DNA of 64,000 nt, from NCBI GenBank assembly GCA_963711565.1, contig CAVQEQ010000001.1, positions 480,001 through 544,000 of the forward strand. Direction: 5' to 3'. This document shows, one piece after another, positions 58,140 to 64,000 of the stretch; position 1 is the stretch's first letter, and every line of letters starts with the position of its first letter. The position numbers and the translations under genes are program-made. Source of the stretch: an uncultured delta proteobacterium (GTDB lineage: Bacteria > Desulfobacterota > Binatia > Binatales > Binataceae). The notes beneath the pieces are model-generated. The model was not told where the DNA came from, ran no database searches, and saw only the letters and a program-made list of their open reading frames with translations.

Positions 58140-58760
58140 TCAGCCACTCAGCCGGCAGAAGTTGTCAAGCAGCTTGAGGCCGGCAGTGCCGCTCTTTTCG
58201 AGATGGAACTGCGTCGCTATCACGTTGTCGCGCGCGACCGCGGCGGTGAACGGCACGCCGTAGTCGCACGCGCCAATCGCGAGCGCAGGGTCGTCAGGAA
58301 TCGGATAGTACGAATTGACGAAATAGAAGTGCGTGTTGTCGGGCACGCCCGCGAAGACTGGATGCGCCCGCGTCTGGCGCACGCGGTTCCATCCGATTTG
58401 CGGGACCTTGAGCGGACGGCCGTCGATCGAGCGCGGATAGCGCGCGACGCGGCCCGCGATGATGCCGAGGCATTCAGCGCTATCCTCCTCGCTGCGATCG
58501 AGCAACACCTGGATGCCGATGCAGATGCCGAGGAATGGCTTGCCGGCGCGGGCAACGTCGTTGCGCAGGACGTCGACGAGTCCAAGCGCGCGCAGATTTT
58601 CCATCGTGGCGCCGGCCGCTCCGACGCCCGGCAGAATCACGCGATCGGCGGCAACGATGCGCTCGGCGCGATCCGTAATCTCGGATTTGTGGCCGAGGAA
58701 TTCCAGCGCGCGCTGAACGCTGGTGAGGTTGCCGGCCTTGTAGTCGACGATTGCTATCAT
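58140..58760 (-). CDS. hisH: Imidazole glycerol phosphate synthase glutaminase subunit
   Basis: DYKAGN, LPGVG, GICIG, YFVNSY and QFHLEKS. Confidence 0.96.
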   Translation of the reverse strand: MIAIVDYKAGNLTSVQRALEFLGHKSEITDRAERIVAADRVILPGVGAAGATMENLRALGLVDVLRNDVARAGKPFLGICIGIQVLLDRSEEDSAECLGIIAGRVARYPRSIDGRPLKVPQIGWNRVRQTRAHPVFAGVPDNTHFYFVNSYYPIPDDPALAIGACDYGVPFTAAVARDNVIATQFHLEKSGTAGLKLLDNFCRLSG

Positions 58761-58851
58761 CGCTTTAATCCAGAGAAGCGATCATAGCTGGTGTCGCATC
58801 GCTACCCAAGGCGTAGCGGCGCGGGTGAGGGCGGAGTCGGGGTCGCGCGTG

Positions 58852-58985
58852 AACCTCTCCCCTGACCCCTCTCCCTTCAGGAGAGGGGAACCAGAGGACG
58901 CGCGCTCACTTTCCTCCTCTCCCATGCTGGCAGAGGGGGGGGAAAGCCGGGATTCTTCGCTCCGCAGACTCCGCTCTGAATGACA
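58852..58985. repeat. Composite of family B units and a TGTCATTC..GAATCC-type palindrome
   Basis: Inverted CCCCTCTCCCTTCAGGAGAGGGG plus GGGATTCTTCGCTCCGCAGACTCCGCTCTGAATGACA. Confidence 0.75.
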
Positions 58986-59007
58986 CAGGGATGGGAGAGG
59001 TAGGCAC

Positions 59008-61050
59008 TCAGATTTCGGCGCGGATGTCGCGCTGGTCGGAGAGCACCCGCACGTTTACGTGATGCTCTTCCGAGTCGCCGAGCGATCCCCAGTGCATCGC
59101 GAAGTTCTCGAGCTGAACGTCGGGGTTGAAGCGTTCCGACGCGCCCATCACGACTTCATCGACGCTGAGCAGAAATGCCATGCGCGCGATCGCATAGATC
59201 TGATCGTTGGATACAACCACCAGCGGCGTGACGGCGCGGCCGTGATCCTCGCAAACCTTGACGACCCTGCTGAACAATTTTTCTTCGGCATCGCTGAAAA
59301 TCTGGCCGCCGTCGCTCGACGCGAGTCCCTTTTCGGTTCTCACGGTCAGCGCAATCAGCTCGGCGTCATCGCGCTCAGACAAGTAGCGATGGAGATGTGT
59401 GAGATTGTTGGGGTCGCGGATCGCAATCAGCTTCTTGGTCGGCGCAAACAGGCCGAGACCGATGGAATCGACCTGGCTCTCGTCGATCAGTTGCAGATTG
59501 AACTTCTCGGGTTCCTCGCCATACGCGTGCGCGACCTGCCCGTTGATCCTTTCCGAAATCTCGAAAATCACGAACAGCGCGAGCGTGAAGCTGACGCCGG
59601 AGATGGTCGCGACCTGCTTGGTGAACAGGTTGATCACCGCGGTCGCGAACAGAATCGTAAACGTCAGCGCGAGGCCGAGCGGAAAATCCTTGCCGCCGGG
59701 ATGGAACCATTTCAGATTCAGCGGCATCCGCCACAAGCGATGGTACTTGTCCTTGTAGCGCAGAATCAGCACCGACAACGTTTTGAAAACGAAACTCCAG
59801 ATGACGCCGAAGGCGTACGCCTCGCCCAGCACGAACATGTCACCGCGCGAGAGAACAATGGTAGCGATTTGCAGCATCGCGACCATGTTCACGATGCGAT
59901 AATTCGTGCCGTATTTTTTGTGCGGGTGGCGGAACCAGTCGAGCAGCACGCCGTCTTCCGCGACGCGGGTCAGCACGCCGGTCGAACCGACGATTGCGGT
60001 ATTGACGGCGCCGGCAAGAATCAGGAAACCGACGAACACCACGAACGCCCGCAGCGCGAGGCGCGCCCACAACGGCCCCACCACGAACATCGCGAGCCCG
60101 CCGATCAGATCGTCGCCATAATTGGACATCCGGACGCTGTCCGGAATGATCATTACCGCGAAAAACGACACCAGCGAGGTCAGTAGCAGGCTGTAAATGA
60201 AAATGACCATGCCGGCGCGCAGGAGATTCTTGAGCTTGGGCGCCTCGATCTCGCGATTGATTTGTGCGAGTGATTCTTCACCCGACATGGCGAGGATCGA
60301 ATGGCCGAACGCTATCAGAATTCCCAAAGTGCCGATGGTGCGCGCACCCGGAAAGTGTTTGAGCCATCCCAGCGAGTCGTTGGTGAACTTCAATTCGAAC
60401 GGCGGCAGATGCGCCCCGCGCGTGTAAATCGTCAGCCCGCACCACCCGATCATGAGCACGGCCATTACGGTCGTGATCTGCATGATTCGCATCGCCTTGC
60501 CGCTGGATTCCTCGATGCCGAGAATATTCTGGCGCCAGAAATATATCGTCACCGCGATGGCGAAGAAGGCGGCGGTGAAGTCGGGCGGCAGTATAATGGA
60601 GGAGTGCGCGAGCTTGAGCAGTTCGTTGATCAATCCGACCAGGTATTGCCCGGCCGACACGCCGCTTATGGGTCCGGTCAGGATGTAGTCGAACATCAGG
60701 GCCGACACCGAAATTTTCGCCAGCGTCGAGCCCATCGCCTCTTTGACAACGCGATAGACGCCGCCGCGCGTGAACATCGAGCACGATTCGACGTACACGG
60801 CGCGCACCGCGTACGAGAACAGCATGACCGCGAGAATGAAGTACGGCGCTGAGCGGCCGCACGCCGTCTCGACGATGCCCCCGATGTAGTAGGCGGAGGA
60901 CGCGAGATCGCATAGCACGACCGCCGACGCTCTCCAGAAGGAGATGAAGGCGAGCATCCCGGTGGTAACTACGATTGCTTTGGTTTGTTTGCCGAAGGTC
61001 GCCTGCGGCTGAACCCGCTCGGCGCCAACAATTTTTGGAGTCGCTGCCAA
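59008..61050 (-). CDS. APC-superfamily permease with a cytoplasmic USP-like C-terminal domain
   Basis: LCDLASSAYY, GGVY, SGEES, AYAFGV and a soluble tail ending in DEVVMGAS. Confidence 0.85.
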   Translation of the reverse strand: MAATPKIVGAERVQPQATFGKQTKAIVVTTGMLAFISFWRASAVVLCDLASSAYYIGGIVETACGRSAPYFILAVMLFSYAVRAVYVESCSMFTRGGVYRVVKEAMGSTLAKISVSALMFDYILTGPISGVSAGQYLVGLINELLKLAHSSIILPPDFTAAFFAIAVTIYFWRQNILGIEESSGKAMRIMQITTVMAVLMIGWCGLTIYTRGAHLPPFELKFTNDSLGWLKHFPGARTIGTLGILIAFGHSILAMSGEESLAQINREIEAPKLKNLLRAGMVIFIYSLLLTSLVSFFAVMIIPDSVRMSNYGDDLIGGLAMFVVGPLWARLALRAFVVFVGFLILAGAVNTAIVGSTGVLTRVAEDGVLLDWFRHPHKKYGTNYRIVNMVAMLQIATIVLSRGDMFVLGEAYAFGVIWSFVFKTLSVLILRYKDKYHRLWRMPLNLKWFHPGGKDFPLGLALTFTILFATAVINLFTKQVATISGVSFTLALFVIFEISERINGQVAHAYGEEPEKFNLQLIDESQVDSIGLGLFAPTKKLIAIRDPNNLTHLHRYLSERDDAELIALTVRTEKGLASSDGGQIFSDAEEKLFSRVVKVCEDHGRAVTPLVVVSNDQIYAIARMAFLLSVDEVVMGASERFNPDVQLENFAMHWGSLGDSEEHHVNVRVLSDQRDIRAEI

Positions 61051-61104
61051 GTATGAATCTCCCGAGCAAACGCCGAAAACATCAGCGATGCAGGGATTTC
61101 AAGG

Positions 61105-61208
61105 TGCAAGATGCAGACCGCAATGATTAGGCGTGACCTGATTGTGATTCGTAAATTCGGACCTGCGAACGGCAATGCGTCAAGCAGTTGGTGCCGTGCA
61201 ATTTGCAA
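61105..61208 (-). promoter_or_regulatory. Possible sigma54 promoter plus bEBP upstream site
   Basis: Minus-strand CGGTCTGCATCTTGCA (GG-N10-GC, weak -24) at 61105-61120 and TGCAATTTGCAA at 61197-61208. Confidence 0.35.
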
Positions 61209-61265
61209 TAGGATGCAATCAGCCCACTCTTGATGCCTCCATCCCCTTGAGCACTAGAATGGTAA

Positions 61266-62618
61266 TTGAACAGCGCACCGGGGAACCTCTTGGCTAACAT
61301 TCTCGTCGTCGATGACGACCGCAATATCCGCCGTACGCTGGCGGCCAGCCTTGAATCCGCGAGTCATCAAGTGACGGTGGCTGAAACAGCGGAACGCGCA
61401 TTGGAGTTGTTCGCGCCGTCGGCCCCGGCGGTAGTCGTCTCCAACGTCCGCATGGAGGGGATGGGCGGGCTGAAGCTGCTCGAATCGATCAAGCGGCTCA
61501 ACCCGGCGCTGCCGGTCGTAATGATGACGGCCTACGGCTCAATTCCCGACGCGGTCGAGGCGATGCGCCTGGGGGCCTACGACTACGTGACCAAGCCGTT
61601 CACGGCGGATCAGATCGTGCACGTCGTCGCGCGCGCTCTCGAGGTACACGAGCTGCGCGCCGAAAATAAAGAACTGCGAGATCGGATCGAGAGCCTGACC
61701 GAACCCGAGCCGTTTCTTACCTACAGTCCGCATTCGCGAAAACTGGCGGAGATCGCGGCGCAAGTGGCCGACAGCGACGCGACCGCTTTGATCACCGGCG
61801 AGAGCGGCACCGGCAAGAGCATGCTGGCGTCGTATATCCACCGCTTGAGTCCGCGCAAAGACGGGCCGTTCGTGCAGGTCGCGTGCACGACGCTCAGCGA
61901 GCATCTGCTGGAGAGCGAACTCTTCGGGCACGTGCGCGGTTCGTTTACCGGCGCAATCAAGGACAAGCCCGGCCGCCTCGAAGCGGCGGAGGGCGGGACC
62001 GTCCTGCTCGACGAGATCGGCGACCTGACGCCGGTGGTTCAATCGAAGCTGCTGCGCTTTCTGCAGGAGCGGACGTTCGAGCGCGTCGGCGGCGCGCAGA
62101 CGATCAAAGTGGACGCGCGCATAATCGCCGCGACCAATCAGCATCTCGAGCAGCTCGTCAAGGAAAAGCGCTTCCGCGAGGATCTCTACTACCGCCTCAA
62201 CGTGATCGAATTGCAGGTGCCAGCCCTGCGCGATCGGCCGGGAGAAATCCTGAAGCTGGCGGAGCACTTTGCCGCGCAAGCCGCACAGGCGCATCACAAG
62301 CCGGCCCATTCGATTGCGGCTGAGGCGCGCGAAGCGCTGGTGTCCTACGCGTGGCCGGGCAATATCCGTGAACTGCGCAACGTGATGGAGCGCGCAGTGA
62401 TCCTGAGCCGCGGCGAGGCGATCAACCTGAGCGATTTGCCGGACAAGATTCTGGCATCACCTGACAAACTCGATCACAGCCACACACTGGAGCAGATGGA
62501 GCGGCGGCATATTGAAGTCGTGCTCGAGCAGGCGATGACGCTCGAAGAAGCGGCCGATATGCTGGGAATCAACGTCGCGACGCTATGGCGAAAGCGCCGG
62601 AGATACGGGCTGGACTGA
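61266..62618 (+). CDS. Sigma54-dependent NtrC-family regulator with Asn at the phospho-acceptor position
   Basis: VVDDD, VVSNVRM, GESGTGK, ESELFGH, GSFTGA, LLDEIG, FREDLYYRL, WPGNIREL and a Fis-type HTH. Confidence 0.92.
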   Translation: MNSAPGNLLANILVVDDDRNIRRTLAASLESASHQVTVAETAERALELFAPSAPAVVVSNVRMEGMGGLKLLESIKRLNPALPVVMMTAYGSIPDAVEAMRLGAYDYVTKPFTADQIVHVVARALEVHELRAENKELRDRIESLTEPEPFLTYSPHSRKLAEIAAQVADSDATALITGESGTGKSMLASYIHRLSPRKDGPFVQVACTTLSEHLLESELFGHVRGSFTGAIKDKPGRLEAAEGGTVLLDEIGDLTPVVQSKLLRFLQERTFERVGGAQTIKVDARIIAATNQHLEQLVKEKRFREDLYYRLNVIELQVPALRDRPGEILKLAEHFAAQAAQAHHKPAHSIAAEAREALVSYAWPGNIRELRNVMERAVILSRGEAINLSDLPDKILASPDKLDHSHTLEQMERRHIEVVLEQAMTLEEAADMLGINVATLWRKRRRYGLD

Positions 62619-63272
62619 CGGCTTTGCGGGAGCCTGCTGACGCGTCGCCAGGATCGCGGCCGTGAATGCTGGATCAGCAAACAATCCCCTCAACGCATCC
62701 GTGAGGTATTCTCCAAGCACGTGCGTCGCAGGCTTGCCGCTGAAAGCAGACTCGTCGGTGGGAGTACCCTCGGCACCGACGTTTTTTGAAAATAGGACCT
62801 TACCGGTCTGCAGCTGTACCTCGACTCGCATCGAGAGATAACCTCGCCCCGTCGCGGTGAATCCGAACTCGCCGTCGATTAGCTTCCGTGCAGCGAATCG
62901 CTCGATCTGGATGACGATCAGTGAGCCGACGCTACCTATCTTGAACCCGCGCGCCTTCAATTCCGTCTCGGCCGCACCCCTGACGGTGTCGACGGCATCT
63001 TTGACCTGGAAGCGCACTAGCTTATCGCTGAAAGGGTTGGCCCTGTCCCAAAACGAGTCATATTCGTCGGGCTCCAGATCCTCAACTCTGACTTCCACGG
63101 GCACGGTATCGGCGCCTGCGATCGCCTGCACGTTCTGCTGCGGGACATAAGTGATCGGCAATTTAGTTGCTTCGATCGAGCAACCAACTAGAAGGGCTCC
63201 GAATGCGAGGAGCGGGATTGTGCCCATTGCGAACGCGACCGCGCCGAATCGGCGACAACGATAGAAAAGCAT
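62583..63272 (-). CDS. Putative lipoprotein (YajG-like)
   Basis: Lipobox LLVGC, V.VED and ETELKARGF. The start is at 63272 or 63227. Confidence 0.6.
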   Translation of the reverse strand: MLFYRCRRFGAVAFAMGTIPLLAFGALLVGCSIEATKLPITYVPQQNVQAIAGADTVPVEVRVEDLEPDEYDSFWDRANPFSDKLVRFQVKDAVDTVRGAAETELKARGFKIGSVGSLIVIQIERFAARKLIDGEFGFTATGRGYLSMRVEVQLQTGKVLFSKNVGAEGTPTDESAFSGKPATHVLGEYLTDALRGLFADPAFTAAILATRQQAPAKPSVQPVSPALSP

Positions 63273-63391
63273 CGATAGATCAACTACCAGTTGTCGGCGC
63301 GCCGGAAAACCCGGTCCGCGCGACAGCCAATAACATACCGGCGCGCTCCGCGATGGAGCGCGCCGGTGCTTAGAGCGAGCGCTGTGCGCGA

Positions 63392-63811
63392 CTATTTTTT
63401 GTTCATCGCACCTTCGAGACGGCTGTGACTCTTTACGCACGTGCCGAGGCTGGTGAACGGATCCGGCCAGTCGTGCTTGACGCAATACGGCAGCGCCGAC
63501 ATATCGTTGTCCGAGTATCCGCGCGCCGACAGATCCTTCTTCATGCAATCGCTGTGCGCCTGGTTGGCGCCCGCGACGCCGGCGGCATCGTCGGCAGCTT
63601 CGGTGATCAGCGCGTCGCGCAGTTCGATCTTCACCTGCGGATCGGTACTCTTGCCAAGTGAGCCCGCGATGTTGCTCGACGGACCACAGGTCCCGACCGC
63701 ATCGATGAACGCCTCTTCGATCCCGACTGGACTGAGATCTTTTGCGAACCCCACGCTCGCCACCGCCATCAACATACTTGTCGCAATCAATGCCACAGCA
63801 AATCGTTTCAT
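63392..63811 (-). CDS. Secreted hypothetical protein with four Cys
   Basis: Signal peptide MKRFAVALIA..GFA and GGAGG RBS. Confidence 0.7.
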   Translation of the reverse strand: MKRFAVALIATSMLMAVASVGFAKDLSPVGIEEAFIDAVGTCGPSSNIAGSLGKSTDPQVKIELRDALITEAADDAAGVAGANQAHSDCMKKDLSARGYSDNDMSALPYCVKHDWPDPFTSLGTCVKSHSRLEGAMNKK

Positions 63812-64000
63812 CGCACTCGTCCTCCAGGTTTGAGATGTGACCCCTGCGAAAACGGCCGCATCGTTGGCAATCCGCTTTTATCTGTACGATGCGGCGGTCA
63901 AAAAAGTCCAGCGGACGCGACCGATTCTGTTCCAGCGGGCACACGGCTTGACGGAAACTGCCGCTTGATGAAAGTGTCGCCTGAATTCAGTCCAAGGGAA

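Noticed and set aside
62583-63944. 453-aa ORF in the track
   Set aside because: Its 5' half overlaps the better-supported secreted protein at 63392..63811 in another frame; the lipobox points to a start near 63227-63272.
1-64000. tRNA, rRNA, IS elements or integrases
   Set aside because: No cloverleaf, rRNA-like tract or transposase/integrase motif was recognised by eye; tRNAscan-SE and ISEScan were not run.

Overview
A 64-kb, GC-rich, gene-dense bacterial chromosomal segment. Gene content and a short secreted 'WYLLIPP...CVAADDPRL' protein suggest Candidatus Binatota or a related deltaproteobacteria-like soil lineage (inference). Most of it is catabolic or housekeeping: sppA, SDRs, luciferase-like and Ddn-type flavin/deazaflavin enzymes, an amidase, an acyl-CoA dehydrogenase pair, hisH-hisF-ribH and threonine ammonia-lyases. 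No tRNA, rRNA, CRISPR array, transposase or integrase was seen. The best candidate for an undescribed system is a minus-strand locus at 16.5-28.5 kb: NarL-type two-component pair -> Amt#2 -> unknown protein -> APC permease -> PP2C phosphatase -> membrane-anchored Ser/Thr kinase translationally coupled to Amt#1. It has no GlnK/PII gene, two sigma54-type promoters and three operator-like boxes at exact 24-bp spacing, which suggests phosphorylation-controlled ammonium transport or sensing. An oppositely oriented, more AT-rich methyltransferase + endonuclease cassette sits between the phosphatase and the kinase. A second candidate is a LexA-like box -> Rv2578c-type radical SAM -> DUF5131 -> TcmP run at 12.7-15.7 kb. 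Four intergenic palindromic repeat families occur, one read through by an MFS gene. At least four genes carry single-base frameshifts that look like assembly indels. All calls come from reading motifs by eye; no searches were run.
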